Assembly (NCBI GenBank): GCA_964476855.1
Contig: CAYZCF010000004.1
Location: 1-40,507 of the forward strand
Reading direction: 5' to 3'
Length of the DNA stretch: 40,507 nt
DNA from: an uncultured Chlorobiaceae bacterium
Lineage (GTDB): Bacteria > Bacteroidota > Chlorobiia > Chlorobiales > Chlorobiaceae
Part shown: positions 20,132-31,469 of the stretch, one piece after another
Numbering within the stretch: the stretch's first letter is position 1
How the letters are laid out: every line of letters starts with the position of its first letter
Translations under genes and position numbers: made by a program
Notes under the pieces: generated by a model
The model's input: the letters and a program-made list of their open reading frames with translations, nothing else
What the model was told of the DNA's origin: nothing
Databases searched by the model: none

Positions 20132-20416
20132 ATGGACAACGCAGCAATGTCAAGTGGAGCTGAAACGAGAGGCAGAAAAAAGAGCTGGTTGGGCAAGGTT
20201 GTAAGCGACAGCATGGATAAAGGTATTGTCGTTGCCGTCGAGCGCAGGGTTCAGCATCCGGTCTACAAGAAGTACTTCAAGAAGACCACCCGCCTGATGG
20301 CTCACGACGAGAAGAATGAGGCAGGCGTCGGCGATCTGGTGAGAATCACCGAGTGCAGGCCGCTCAGCAAAAACAAGAGCTGCCGTCTCGTTGAAATCGT
20401 CGAAAAGGCCAAGTAA
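20132..20416 (+). CDS. rpsQ: 30S ribosomal protein S17 (start may be ATG 20147)
   Basis: [27 protein letters not shown]. Confidence 0.98.
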   Translation: MDNAAMSSGAETRGRKKSWLGKVVSDSMDKGIVVAVERRVQHPVYKKYFKKTTRLMAHDEKNEAGVGDLVRITECRPLSKNKSCRLVEIVEKAK

Positions 20417-20451
20417 CGGATTTACTATCATTTAACAGGGGTTAAAGCAGG

Positions 20452-20820
20452 ATGATCCAGAAAGAGACTAATCTGGTTGTCGCCGATAATAGCGGAGCGA
20501 AAAAAGTACGGTGTATTCATGTTTTCGGCGGTACAGGCAGGCGTTATGCCGCGCTTGGTGACCAGATCATGGTATCGGTCAAGGCTGCGGTTCCTGGCGG
20601 CGTCGTCAAGAAGAAAGATGTCTGCAAGGCAGTCGTCGTCCGCTGCGTCAAGGAGCAGAAACGAAAGGATGGCTCCTATATCAGGTTCGACGAGAATGCC
20701 GTCGTGCTGCTCAACGCACAGGGCGAGCCGAGAGGCACCCGTATTTTCGGGCCGGTCGCACGCGAGCTTCGCGACAAAAGATATATGAAAATCGTATCTT
20801 TGGCTCCTGAAGTTCTCTGA
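20452..20820 (+). CDS. rplN: 50S ribosomal protein L14
   Basis: [36 protein letters not shown]. Confidence 0.99.
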   Translation: MIQKETNLVVADNSGAKKVRCIHVFGGTGRRYAALGDQIMVSVKAAVPGGVVKKKDVCKAVVVRCVKEQKRKDGSYIRFDENAVVLLNAQGEPRGTRIFGPVARELRDKRYMKIVSLAPEVL

Positions 20821-20830
20821 GAGCCGATCA

Positions 20831-20903
20831 GCGGGAGTAACTCAGCTGGTAGAGTCACAGCCTTCCAAGCTGTTGGTCGCGGGTTCGAGTCCCGTCTCCC
20901 GCT
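20831..20903 (+). tRNA. tRNA-Gly (anticodon TCC); CCA end not encoded
   Basis: Acceptor stem GCGGGAG/CTCCCGC, D-arm CTCAGCTGGTAGAG, anticodon stem ACAGC/GCTGT with loop CT-TCC-AA (20864-20866), T-loop TTCGAGT, discriminator T as expected for bacterial tRNA-Gly. Confidence 0.97.
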
Positions 20904-20936
20904 CACGTTTATGAATTACTATCATACAGGTCAATC

Positions 20937-21179
20937 ATGAAAACTGGTATTAAAAAGGTCAAGCTCCACGTCAGGAAGAACGATGAGGTCACCGTCATCG
21001 CCGGCAACGACAAGGGAAAATCGGGTAAAGTCCTGAAAGTGTTCCCCCAGAAGGGCCGCGTGATCGTCGAAGGCGTCAACATCAGAAAGCGCCACATGCG
21101 CCCGACCCAGGGCACGCCTCAGGGAACGATCATCGAGCGTGAGTTCCCGATTCATGCCTCCAACGTGAAAAAGAGCTGA
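20937..21179 (+). CDS. rplX: 50S ribosomal protein L24 (short, 80 aa)
   Basis: KOW motif [31 protein letters not shown]. Confidence 0.97.
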   Translation: MKTGIKKVKLHVRKNDEVTVIAGNDKGKSGKVLKVFPQKGRVIVEGVNIRKRHMRPTQGTPQGTIIEREFPIHASNVKKS

Positions 21180-21241
21180 CAGAGATTTCGTTAAAAAAGG
21201 CAGGATGACCCAGACCATCCTGTGTAAAAGCAAAGAAAAAG

Positions 21242-21829
21242 ATGTCCAAAAAAGAGAGTGTAGAGCAGGAAGTTGCAATGCCTGCCCGCCTTGAGGTCTA
21301 CTACCGCGAGACCGTCGTTCCGAAACTGATGGAGCGATTCAAGTACAAGAGCATCATGATGGTGCCCCGCCTCGAAAAGATTTCGGTGAACATCGGTGTC
21401 GGCGAAGCCGCCCAGGAGCCGAAGCTGCTCGAAACCGCCATGCAGGAACTTGGTCAGATCACCGGACAGAAGCCGCAGGTTCGCAAAGCGAAGAAAGCTA
21501 TCTCGAACTTCAAGCTCCGCGAGGGGCAGTCCATTGGCTGCCGCGTCACCCTTCGCCGCAAGATCATGTTCGAATTCCTCGACCGCTTCATCTCTGTCGC
21601 CGTGCCGAGGATCCGAGACTTCCGTGGCCTGAGCGATACGAGCTTCGATGGCCGTGGAAACTATAATGCAGGTATCCGCGAACAGATTATCTTCCCTGAG
21701 ATCGACATCGACAAGGTGCCGAGGATCAACGGTATGGATATCAGCTTCGTCACCTCCGCCAAAACGGATGAAGAGGCTTACGAGCTGCTTACCCTGCTCG
21801 GCATGCCGTTCAAGAAAAAGAACCAATAA
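21242..21829 (+). CDS. rplE: 50S ribosomal protein L5
   Basis: [32 protein letters not shown]. Confidence 0.99.
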   Translation: MSKKESVEQEVAMPARLEVYYRETVVPKLMERFKYKSIMMVPRLEKISVNIGVGEAAQEPKLLETAMQELGQITGQKPQVRKAKKAISNFKLREGQSIGCRVTLRRKIMFEFLDRFISVAVPRIRDFRGLSDTSFDGRGNYNAGIREQIIFPEIDIDKVPRINGMDISFVTSAKTDEEAYELLTLLGMPFKKKNQ

Positions 21830-21849
21830 TATCATAGCCCTGTACCAAG

Positions 21850-22119
21850 ATGGCAAGGAAAAGCATCATTGCGCGAAACGAAAAGAGGAAGAAGCTCGTC
21901 GAAAAGTATGCGGCTAAACGCGAGGAGCTGAAAGCGGCAGGCGATTACCAGGCTCTGAGCAAGCTTCCAAGAGACAGTTCAGCCACGAGGGTTCGTACCC
22001 GTTGCGTCCTGACTGGACGTGGCCGCGGCAACTACGAAAAGTTCGGGCTTTGCCGCCACATGTTCCGCAAGCTGGCCCTCGAAGGAAAGCTTCCCGGCGT
22101 CAGAAAGGCGAGCTGGTAA
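21850..22119 (+). CDS. rpsN: 30S ribosomal protein S14 (89-aa, non-zinc-ribbon type)
   Basis: [30 protein letters not shown]. Confidence 0.98.
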   Translation: MARKSIIARNEKRKKLVEKYAAKREELKAAGDYQALSKLPRDSSATRVRTRCVLTGRGRGNYEKFGLCRHMFRKLALEGKLPGVRKASW

Positions 22120-22186
22120 GCGAGCCTCTGCGGAGATCAAGAGAAAGATGTCTGTTCATTTACGAATGTAACCAACTGTTAGAGCC

Positions 22187-22582
22187 ATGCCCGTAACGGA
22201 TTCCATAGCCGATTTCATCACCCGGATCAGAAATGCCGGTAGTGCAAAAAACAAGACGACCGATATTCCTTATACCAGAGTCAGGGAAAATCTCTCGAAG
22301 CTTCTTCTCGACAAGGGATACATCAAGAACTACACGGTAATCACCTCCGAGCAGTTCCCCTTCATCCGCGTCGAGCTGAAATACATGCAGGATGGCCAGC
22401 ACGCCATCAAGGAGATTTCAAGGGTCAGCAAACCCGGCCGCAGGGTGTATGAAGGCAAGGATATCAAGAGATACCTCGGCGGGCTTGGTCTGTTCATCCT
22501 TTCGACCTCGAAAGGCATCCTGACCGACAAGGAAGCACGCGAGCAGAACGTCGGTGGCTAGGTGCTGTTCCGTATTTATTAA
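22187..22582 (+). CDS. rpsH: 30S ribosomal protein S8, with an in-frame TAG at 22559-22561 where the conserved Glu codon is expected
   Basis: [26 protein letters not shown], then NVGG-TAG-VLFRIY-TAA (22580-22582), matching the conserved VGGEVL C-terminus. Confidence 0.95.
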
Positions 22583-22611
22583 TTTCATAAGCCAAAGAGC
22601 AACAGTTTACC

Positions 22612-23151
22612 ATGTCAAGAATAGGAAAAATGCCGATCAGGCTCGCTGATCAGGCTAAGGTCGAGGTCAAGGACAATATGATCAACGTAACCGGCCCGAA
22701 GGGAGCTCTTTGTCAGGCTCTGGTCGATGAGGTTATCGTTTCGGTTGAAGATGGCGCCGTGACCGTCCAGAGAAAGGACGACACCAAGCGCTCTCGCGCC
22801 ATGCACGGCTTGTACCGGATGCTGGTCAGCAACATGGTCGAAGGCGTCACCAAAGGGTTCACCCGCAAGCTCGAAATGTCCGGCGTTGGCTATCGCGCCG
22901 AGCTCAAGGGCGACCTGCTTGCGCTTACCCTCGGATACTCGCACATGATCTACTTCCAGGCTCCCGCCGAGATCAAGATCGAGGTGCCGGATCCGACCAC
23001 TGTTCTTGTCAGCGGTATCGACAAGGCTCTGGTAGGCCAGATCGCCGCCAAGATTCGCTCCTTCAGGAAGCCGGAACCGTATCGCGGCAAGGGTATCAAG
23101 TACGAAGGCGAAGTCATCCGCCGCAAGGAAGGCAAGGCTGCTGGCAAGTAA
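22612..23151 (+). CDS. rplF: 50S ribosomal protein L6
   Basis: MSRIGK, GPKG, GVGYRA, LGYSH, PEPYRGKGI. Confidence 0.99.
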   Translation: MSRIGKMPIRLADQAKVEVKDNMINVTGPKGALCQALVDEVIVSVEDGAVTVQRKDDTKRSRAMHGLYRMLVSNMVEGVTKGFTRKLEMSGVGYRAELKGDLLALTLGYSHMIYFQAPAEIKIEVPDPTTVLVSGIDKALVGQIAAKIRSFRKPEPYRGKGIKYEGEVIRRKEGKAAGK

Positions 23152-23210
23152 GCCACGCCGCCGGATGAGCGAAACAAGTCAGGTAAAAAACATTTATACG
23201 GTTAGAGATA

Positions 23211-23570
23211 ATGAGCCAAGTAGATAAAGTTGCCCGCAGGCAGAAAATCAAGGCACGCAGCAGGGCTGTCGTGCATGGCACCCAGGAAAGGCCAAGACTG
23301 TGCGTGTTCAGGAGTCTTTCACAGATCTATGCGCAGCTGATCGATGACGAGAGCGGCAAGACCCTCATGACAGCTTCGACCATGTCGAAAGAGAATGCCG
23401 GACTCACCGGTACCAAGTCTGAAGTGAGTGCGATGATTGGCAAGCAGATTGCCGAGAAGGCTCTTGCTCAGGGTATTTCCAGCGTCGTCTTCGACAGGAA
23501 CGGATTCCGGTACCACGGTCGCATCAAGGCACTCGCCGATGGCGCCCGTGAAGCAGGCCTGATCTTTTAA
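23211..23570 (+). CDS. rplR: 50S ribosomal protein L18
   Basis: [32 protein letters not shown]. Confidence 0.99.
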   Translation: MSQVDKVARRQKIKARSRAVVHGTQERPRLCVFRSLSQIYAQLIDDESGKTLMTASTMSKENAGLTGTKSEVSAMIGKQIAEKALAQGISSVVFDRNGFRYHGRIKALADGAREAGLIF

Positions 23571-23591
23571 AACTTTTCAAAGAGAACGTAC

Positions 23592-24110
23592 ATGTCGAAA
23601 AAATCTGCCAGGAGTATAAAGCCCGGTGAGTTGAATCTGAAAGAGAAGCTGGTGCACATCAACAGGACCGCCAAGGTGGTCAAGGGCGGCAAGCGCTTCG
23701 GTTTCAACGCTATTGTGGTTGTCGGTGACAAGGAAGGTCATGTTGGATACGGGCTCGGAAAAGCGAACGAAGTTCAGGACGCTATCGCCAAAGGCGTTGA
23801 GGACGGCAAGAAGAATGTCATCAAGGTGCCGATCGTGAAGGGAACCATTCCGCACCCGATCGTTGCCAAATACGGTTCGGCCAAGGTGCTGATGAAGCCG
23901 GCTACCCCCGGTACCGGTCTGATCGCCGGCGGCGCGGTCAGGGCTGTGCTCGAAATGGCAGGCATTCACGACATCCTGACCAAGTCTCTCGGTTCTTCAA
24001 ATCCGCACAACGTGGTGAAGGCGGCCATCAAGGGTCTTCAGAGCATCTCTGACGCCAACGATGTTGCAGAGCGCCGTTCGAAGAGCCTGAAAGAGGTATT
24101 TGAAAGCTAA
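23592..24110 (+). CDS. rpsE: 30S ribosomal protein S5
   Basis: [35 protein letters not shown]. Confidence 0.99.
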   Translation: MSKKSARSIKPGELNLKEKLVHINRTAKVVKGGKRFGFNAIVVVGDKEGHVGYGLGKANEVQDAIAKGVEDGKKNVIKVPIVKGTIPHPIVAKYGSAKVLMKPATPGTGLIAGGAVRAVLEMAGIHDILTKSLGSSNPHNVVKAAIKGLQSISDANDVAERRSKSLKEVFES

Positions 24111-24128
24111 ACAGGAAACAAGGCGACC

Positions 24129-24314
24129 ATGAGCGAGAAAACGATAAAGGTTACCCAGGTGCGCAGCGTTATCGGCGGCACCAAGAAGCAGAAAGACACG
24201 ATCAAGGCTCTCGGTCTGGGAAGGCCGAACCACAAGGTCGAAATCAAGGACAACGCCTGCACCAGAGGTCAGATTCGCGTCGTCCAGCACCTTGTCAAGG
24301 TTGAAGAGCTTTAA
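24129..24314 (+). CDS. rpmD: 50S ribosomal protein L30
   Basis: IKVTQVRSVIG, ALGL, HLVKVEE; position after rpsE. Confidence 0.97.
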   Translation: MSEKTIKVTQVRSVIGGTKKQKDTIKALGLGRPNHKVEIKDNACTRGQIRVVQHLVKVEEL

Positions 24315-24347
24315 CAGAATCAATAAAGACAGTCGGGAATCACAGCA

Positions 24348-24908
24348 ATGGATTTAAGTTCACTTCGCCCTGCCAAAGGCGCAGTAAAGGCAAGAAAAAG
24401 GGTCGGCCGCGGCCCCGGTTCAGGTAATGGTACGACAGCGGGCAAGGGCAACAAAGGTCAGCAGGCTAGGAGCGGCTACCAGCGTCCGGTCATCGAGGGC
24501 GGTCAGATGCCGATCTACCGCAGACTTCCGAAGTTCGGTTTCACGCCTCCCAACCAGAAGGCTGTGGCCTGCGTCAACGTCGCCCAGATTCAGATGTGGA
24601 TCGAGAAGGGCCTCATCGGTGAAGAGATCAGCGTGCTCGATCTCAAGCACCTGTGCAACGCCAGCAATCAGGAGTATTTCAAGGTGCTCGGCAACGGTGA
24701 GCTTTCTTCCGCTGTGACCATCACGGCCCACTTCTTCAGCAAGAGCGCCGAAGAGAAGATTACCAAAGCCGGCGGAAAGATCGTCAAAGCATATCGCACT
24801 CTTGAAGAGGCTGCCAAGGTCAACGGCCTGCCTTTCGACGAGGCGCTTCTGACTCCGAAAGCCAAAGTGGTAAAGGTCAAGAAAGCAAAAAAATCGGTCA
24901 AGTCTTGA
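24348..24908 (+). CDS. rplO: 50S ribosomal protein L15 with C-terminal extension
   Basis: RVGRGPGSGNG, EGGQMPIYRRLPKFGF, KVLGNG, AGG. Confidence 0.98.
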   Translation: MDLSSLRPAKGAVKARKRVGRGPGSGNGTTAGKGNKGQQARSGYQRPVIEGGQMPIYRRLPKFGFTPPNQKAVACVNVAQIQMWIEKGLIGEEISVLDLKHLCNASNQEYFKVLGNGELSSAVTITAHFFSKSAEEKITKAGGKIVKAYRTLEEAAKVNGLPFDEALLTPKAKVVKVKKAKKSVKS

Positions 24909-24926
24909 ACCAGGGAATGAGCTGCC

Positions 24927-26252
<1,326 letters not shown>

Positions 26253-26265
26253 GAGAGCCCGGATC

Positions 26266-27039
26266 ATGATCACCATCAAAAGCGAGCGGGAAATAGAGCT
26301 GATGCGGGAGGCCGGAGGACTGGTCGCCCGCGTGCTCGATATGCTTGAGCAGGAAATTGCGCCAGGCATCTCCACGAAACGGCTCGACGAACTGGCTGAG
26401 CAGTTCATCAGGGATCATCAAGCAGTACCGAGTTTTCTGAATTACGTGCCGAAAGGCGAGCCTGGCGTAACGCCTTATCCGGCGACGCTCTGCGTCTCGA
26501 TCGACGAGGAGGTCGTGCATGGCGTCCCGAACGCCAGGCGCATCATTCACGAAGGTGAAATCGTCTCGGTCGATTGCGGCGTCTACAAGAGCGGTTATCA
26601 CGGTGATGCGGCCAGGACCTACATCATCGGCGAAATCGATCCGGCGGTACGGCAACTGGTTGACGTGACTCGCGAGTGTCTCGATCTCGGCATCGCGCAG
26701 GCTGTCGAGGGAAACCGGCTGCATGACATATCGGCCGCCATCGAAAAGCACGCGCGTTCGTTTGGCTACAGCGTCATCGAGAACATGGTCGGCCACGGTA
26801 TCGGCAGCGAATTGCATGAGGAACCGGCGGTGCCGAATTACGGCAGACCCCATACCGGCGTGAAGCTTCGCGCCGGTATGACGCTCGCCATAGAGCCGAT
26901 GATTGCCATCGGTCGTTCGCGCCGGGCGGTCAGCAAGCGAGGCGCTTGGGTAGCGGTCACGGAAGACAGGCGCCATGCGGCGCATTTCGAGCATACCATC
27001 GCCATACGAAAAGGCGAGGCTGAAATCCTGACCAGGTGA
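26266..27039 (+). CDS. map: Type I methionyl aminopeptidase
   Basis: CVSIDEEVVHGVP, GYHGDAA, GHGIG…HEEP, AIEPM, AHFEHT. Confidence 0.98.
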   Translation: MITIKSEREIELMREAGGLVARVLDMLEQEIAPGISTKRLDELAEQFIRDHQAVPSFLNYVPKGEPGVTPYPATLCVSIDEEVVHGVPNARRIIHEGEIVSVDCGVYKSGYHGDAARTYIIGEIDPAVRQLVDVTRECLDLGIAQAVEGNRLHDISAAIEKHARSFGYSVIENMVGHGIGSELHEEPAVPNYGRPHTGVKLRAGMTLAIEPMIAIGRSRRAVSKRGAWVAVTEDRRHAAHFEHTIAIRKGEAEILTR

Positions 27040-27096
27040 CGCCGGAAGGACAAGCACAAGCAGTATAACATAACGATCAGACAGCGGAGAGCTACA

Positions 27097-27315
27097 TTGG
27101 CCAAGGAAGAATCAATCGAAGTGGAAGGCGAAATTCTTGAAGCGCTTCCCAACGCACAGTTCAGGGTCAAACTGGAGAACAGCCTGGAAGTGCTTGCCCA
27201 TGTATCGGGCAAGATCAGGATGCACTATATCAGAATCCTTCCCGGTGACAAGGTCAAGGTTCAGATTTCTCCGTATGACCTGACAAAGGGCAGGATTACC
27301 TACCGGTACAAGTAA
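27097..27315 (+). CDS. infA: Translation initiation factor IF-1 (TTG start)
   Basis: [40 protein letters not shown]. Confidence 0.99.
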   Translation: MAKEESIEVEGEILEALPNAQFRVKLENSLEVLAHVSGKIRMHYIRILPGDKVKVQISPYDLTKGRITYRYK

Positions 27316-27343
27316 AAAACAGAATTATTCGTCCATTATCCGG

Positions 27344-27372
27344 TTGATTTTTAGGGTTGTATTTATTACATT
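27344..27372 (+). promoter_or_regulatory. Possible sigma70-type promoter upstream of rpmJ / alpha operon
   Basis: TTGATT (27344-27349), 17-bp spacer, TACATT (27367-27372), in an AT-rich intergenic gap. Confidence 0.4.
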
Positions 27373-27427
27373 ACATGCCTTTTCATATTTTGGACAGACC
27401 GGACAACCATAGCATGTGGGGTTTACC

Positions 27428-27544
27428 ATGAAAATATATTCGTCTATCAAAAAACGTTGCGAGCACTGCAGGATTATCAAGCGCAAAGGAAAACGATTTG
27501 TGATCTGCAAGGTGAATCCAAGCCACAAGCAGCGCCAGGGGTGA
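27428..27544 (+). CDS. rpmJ: 50S ribosomal protein L36 (38 aa; below the ORF-track cutoff)
   Basis: Manual translation gives [38 protein letters not shown]. Confidence 0.98.
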   Translation: MKIYSSIKKRCEHCRIIKRKGKRFVICKVNPSHKQRQG

Positions 27545-27579
27545 TCTTCAGGAACAATCAACAGACTTGAGAAAAACAT

Positions 27580-27957
27580 ATGAGGTTAGCTGGGGTTAAT
27601 TTGCCATTGAACAAGCATGCGGTCATCGGCTTGACCTATGTTTATGGCATCGGGAAAACATCCGCCAAGAACATACTCGCCAAAGCCGGAATCGCTCCTG
27701 AAAAGAAAATCTCCGAGCTGAGCGACGCCGAGGCGCACGCGATCAGGGAAATCATTGGTAACGAGTACACGGTCGAGGGCGAGGCTCGCGCCGAGCAGCA
27801 GCTCTCAATCAAGCGTCTGATGGATATCGGGTGCTATCGTGGTCTTCGCCACAGGCGGTCACTTCCGGTCCGCGGTCAGCGCACCAGCACAAACGCCCGT
27901 ACCAGAAAAGGCAAGCGCAAGACCGTCGCCGGCAAGAAGAAGGCTGGCAAGAAGTAA
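27580..27957 (+). CDS. rpsM: 30S ribosomal protein S13
   Basis: [33 protein letters not shown]. Confidence 0.99.
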   Translation: MRLAGVNLPLNKHAVIGLTYVYGIGKTSAKNILAKAGIAPEKKISELSDAEAHAIREIIGNEYTVEGEARAEQQLSIKRLMDIGCYRGLRHRRSLPVRGQRTSTNARTRKGKRKTVAGKKKAGKK

Positions 27958-28004
27958 GGTCTGGAGCAATCAAGCAACAAGAGAGATAAAACACCGACAG
28001 ACTC

Positions 28005-28388
28005 ATGGCAACAGCGAGCAGGAAAAAAAAGAAAGTCAAGGTTACCCCCGAAGGTACCGTCCATATCAAGGCTTCGTTCAACAACGTCATGGTGACCATT
28101 ACCGATACGCTCGGTAACACCGTCTCATGGTCGAGCGCCGGCAAGAATGGCTTCAAGGGTTCCAAGAAAAATACCCCGTACGCATCGCAGGTCACTTCCG
28201 AGGCAGCAGCCAAGGAGGCATTCGATCTTGGTATGCGTCACGTCGATGTGTTCATCAAAGGCCCTGGCGCGGGTCGTGATGCGGCCATCAGGGCGCTTCA
28301 GGGCGCCGGTCTCGAAGTCAAGACTATCCGCGATATTACACCCCTGCCGCACAACGGTTGCAGGCCGCCCAAGCGCAGAAGGGTCTGA
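28005..28388 (+). CDS. rpsK: 30S ribosomal protein S11
   Basis: [30 protein letters not shown]. Confidence 0.99.
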   Translation: MATASRKKKKVKVTPEGTVHIKASFNNVMVTITDTLGNTVSWSSAGKNGFKGSKKNTPYASQVTSEAAAKEAFDLGMRHVDVFIKGPGAGRDAAIRALQGAGLEVKTIRDITPLPHNGCRPPKRRRV

Positions 28389-28424
28389 CGGTTATTATCA
28401 AGAATTATCAATGAAGCAATTGCT

Positions 28425-29036
28425 ATGGCACGATTCAGAGGGTCAATTACCAAAGTATCACGAAGGCTGGGGATAGCGCTTTCTCCCAAGGCGGAAAAAT
28501 ATCTCGAAAGACGTCCGTACGCTCCTGGCGAACACGGCCAGTCCCGCAAGGGCAAGGTGTCGGAATATGCGCTGCAGTTGAGGGAAAAGCAGAAGATGAA
28601 ATATCTTTACGGCATCCTCGAAAAGCAGTTCAGAAATTACTACAAGAAAGCGGTTGCCCAGCGTGGCGTTACCGGTGACAACCTGGTGAAGCTGCTCGAA
28701 CGGCGCTTCGACAACGTCGTCTATCGCTGCGGATTCTCTCCGTCACGCGCAGGTGCACGTCAGCTCGTTTCTCACGGTCATATGCTCGTCAACGGCAAGA
28801 AGGTCAACATCCCTTCTTACCTCGTCTCTCCAGGCGACCAGATCGAGTTCAAGCAGAAGAGCCGCAATCTCGACGCCGTGGCCGATTCGCTGAACAAAGC
28901 GTCCGAATCGAGGATTCCCGCATGGATCCAGGTGGACAAAGCCAACAGAAAGGCGGTTTTTCTTGCAGTACCAGAGCGTGAAGATGTACAGGAGCCCTAT
29001 AACGAGCAGCTTGTCGTTGAGTTGTACTCCAAGTGA
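28425..29036 (+). CDS. rpsD: 30S ribosomal protein S4
   Basis: [39 protein letters not shown]. Confidence 0.99.
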   Translation: MARFRGSITKVSRRLGIALSPKAEKYLERRPYAPGEHGQSRKGKVSEYALQLREKQKMKYLYGILEKQFRNYYKKAVAQRGVTGDNLVKLLERRFDNVVYRCGFSPSRAGARQLVSHGHMLVNGKKVNIPSYLVSPGDQIEFKQKSRNLDAVADSLNKASESRIPAWIQVDKANRKAVFLAVPEREDVQEPYNEQLVVELYSK

Positions 29037-29065
29037 TTTTTTTGAATCCTTAAGGTAGCAAGACT

Positions 29066-30052
29066 ATGATATACCAGATGCAGATGCCTGCAAAGATCGA
29101 TGTGGATGAAGCAACCCACACCGGCAGTTTCGGGCGTTTCATCGCCCAGCCGCTGGAGAGGGGATACGGAGTTACGCTGGGCAATGCCATGAGAAGGGTT
29201 CTGCTGGCCTCTCTTCCCGGTGCCGCGATCACCGGGATCAAGATAGATGGTGTTTTTCACGAATTTTCAACGATCGAGGGCGTTCGGGAGGATGTTCCCG
29301 AGATCGTCTTGAACCTGAAGAAGGTTCGTTTCCGGTCGAACTGCAAGCGCAGCTGCAAGACGACGCTTACCCTTGCCGGTCCGAAAGAGTTCCTCGCCGG
29401 CGATATCGTCGCTCATGACGGCGAGTTCGAGGTGCTCAACAAGGATATGCATATTGCCACGATCAACTCCGAGGCCACCGTTACCATCGACATCTATGTC
29501 GGACGCGGACGCGGTTACGTACCAGCCGAGGAGAATCGCAGCGAAGGATTGCCGATCGGTTTCATCGCTATCGATTCGATCTTTACCCCGATCAGGAACG
29601 TCAAACTGACTGTCGAGAACACCCGCGTGGGACAGAGAACCGACTACGAGAAGATGATTCTCGATGTCGAAACCGACGGATCGATCACGCCCGATGACGC
29701 CATCAGCCTCGCGGGCAAGATCATCAACGACCATATCGTCTTTTTCGCCAACTTCTCTCCGACCGAAGAGGAGTTCTCGGAAGAGGAGTACAAGCAGCTC
29801 GACGACGAGTTCGAAAGCATGCGCAAGCTCTTGTATACCAAGATAGAAGATCTCGATCTTTCGGTTCGTTCGCACAACTGCCTGAGACTCGCTGAAATCG
29901 ATACGCTCGGTGATCTGGTCTCCAGAAAAGAGGATGAGCTGCTCAACTACAAGAACTTCGGCAAGAAGTCGCTGACGGAACTCAAGGAACAGCTCGAAAA
30001 GTTCAACCTGAAGTTCGGAATGGATATTACCCGTTACCAGATGAAGGGTTGA
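29066..30052 (+). CDS. rpoA: DNA-directed RNA polymerase subunit alpha
   Basis: [48 protein letters not shown]. Confidence 0.99.
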   Translation: MIYQMQMPAKIDVDEATHTGSFGRFIAQPLERGYGVTLGNAMRRVLLASLPGAAITGIKIDGVFHEFSTIEGVREDVPEIVLNLKKVRFRSNCKRSCKTTLTLAGPKEFLAGDIVAHDGEFEVLNKDMHIATINSEATVTIDIYVGRGRGYVPAEENRSEGLPIGFIAIDSIFTPIRNVKLTVENTRVGQRTDYEKMILDVETDGSITPDDAISLAGKIINDHIVFFANFSPTEEEFSEEEYKQLDDEFESMRKLLYTKIEDLDLSVRSHNCLRLAEIDTLGDLVSRKEDELLNYKNFGKKSLTELKEQLEKFNLKFGMDITRYQMKG

Positions 30053-30099
30053 GAAAGGCTATTTGTTTTATTGAAAATCAATGAGAGCGGAAAAAAGCA

Positions 30100-30573
30100 A
30101 TGCGTAAAGTCAAGCCAGCAAGGAAACTCGGGAGAACGGCCGCCCATAGAAAAGCAACCCTGTCGAACCTTTCGACTCAGCTGCTGATCCACAAGCGAAT
30201 CGAGACGACCGAGGCGAAAGCCAAGGAAACCCGCAAGGTTGTCGAAAAAATCATCACCAAGGCGCGCAAGGGAACCCATCATGCCCAGCGCGAGATTTTC
30301 AGCGCCCTTCGCGACAAGGAGGCTGTCAGGGAGCTTTTCGAGGAGATCGTGGGAAAGATCGGTTCGCGTAACGGCGGATACACCCGTATCATCAAACTCG
30401 TTCCCCGCTATGGCGATGCCGCGAAGATGGCCGTCATCGAGCTGGTGGACTATGCCGAAGCTCCTTCAGCCGCGCCGGTAGCTGCAAAGCAGGATCGCTC
30501 GAAGCGCGTCAAAGGCTCCAAGAAAGCCGAAGCGGAAGCGCAGGAGAAAGAGGGCGGTGAAGCTGCCGAATAA
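30100..30573 (+). CDS. rplQ: 50S ribosomal protein L17 with low-complexity C-terminal tail
   Basis: [41 protein letters not shown]. Confidence 0.98.
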   Translation: MRKVKPARKLGRTAAHRKATLSNLSTQLLIHKRIETTEAKAKETRKVVEKIITKARKGTHHAQREIFSALRDKEAVRELFEEIVGKIGSRNGGYTRIIKLVPRYGDAAKMAVIELVDYAEAPSAAPVAAKQDRSKRVKGSKKAEAEAQEKEGGEAAE

Positions 30574-30634
30574 GGCTCTTTTCTCCCGGTTCGGATAAAA
30601 AACACGGTAGTCATCGTTCGCTCGATCTTCACGA

Positions 30635-31288
30635 TCACCAGCGGGCGATGACTATCTGCTTTTCTGAGAACATCGGATCGATCTCCCCGATCGGCAACTG
30701 ATCCACGGATGCCGGGAATCCAAGATGTTTTTCCCGCGACAGCACGGCCTGGGCAATCTCCTCGTTGAGGTTCCCCCCCTTGAGGCAGATGAGCACGCCT
30801 TCCCGTTTGAGCAGTCTGGCGCTGTAGGCGCACAACTCTTCGAGCGGCGCGACCTGGCGGCTGAGTACCGTATCGAAGAGCACCCCTTTCAGCTCCTCCA
30901 CCCTCGAATGCAGCGCAATGACGTTTTCGAGGCCCAGCTCTTTAATCATCGTCTTGCAGGCTGCTATTTTTTTGCCGGTCGAGTCAACCAGAAGAAACGA
31001 GGTTTCAGGAAAGAGAATGGCCAGCGGAATGCCCGGCAAGCCGCCGCCGGTGCCGAGGTCAAGCACTTTTTCGCCGGGCCTGAAGTCGTGGATGCGGCTG
31101 ATGAGCAGCGAGTGAAACACATGCTTGACGATGACCGGCGCATGTTCCTTGCGGCTGACGAGGTTCACCTTGAGGTTCCACTCATCGAGAAGCGCGGCGT
31201 AACGCTCAAGAAGTATCAGTGCTTTTTTTGTTGCGGGGATGCCGTGCTGGCGGCAAAGTCCCTCGATCAGGTGCAGGTCATTCGGCAT
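30635..31288 (-). CDS. rsmG: 16S rRNA (guanine527-N7) methyltransferase RsmG/GidB
   Basis: [39 protein letters not shown]. Confidence 0.95.
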   Translation of the reverse strand: MPNDLHLIEGLCRQHGIPATKKALILLERYAALLDEWNLKVNLVSRKEHAPVIVKHVFHSLLISRIHDFRPGEKVLDLGTGGGLPGIPLAILFPETSFLLVDSTGKKIAACKTMIKELGLENVIALHSRVEELKGVLFDTVLSRQVAPLEELCAYSARLLKREGVLICLKGGNLNEEIAQAVLSREKHLGFPASVDQLPIGEIDPMFSEKQIVIARW

Positions 31289-31469
31289 GACAAATCATTC
31301 GGCTGCGATGGTGAAGAGATGCGTACAACAGGAAAAAACGACATTTTAACGCCAATGGCAAATGTTCCGCGCTCTTCAGAAAAGCCCGCAGGCTCTGGCG
31401 GAAATGTTGTACATTGTTAACATGCCAATCGTAGCTCAATCGTAGTATGCCCAGAAAGAACAAGATGTT

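Noticed and set aside
20831-20936. tRNA-Gly as a prophage or island integration site
   Set aside because: No integrase, no duplicated tRNA 3' end elsewhere in the window, and rplX follows within 33 bp.
22559-22561. Genome-wide TAG reassignment or pyrrolysine/selenocysteine recoding as an explanation for the rpsH stop
   Set aside because: TAG terminates mnmE (362-364) at its conserved C-terminus and also manC (32592-32594). No other in-frame TAG is seen in about 30 conserved genes.
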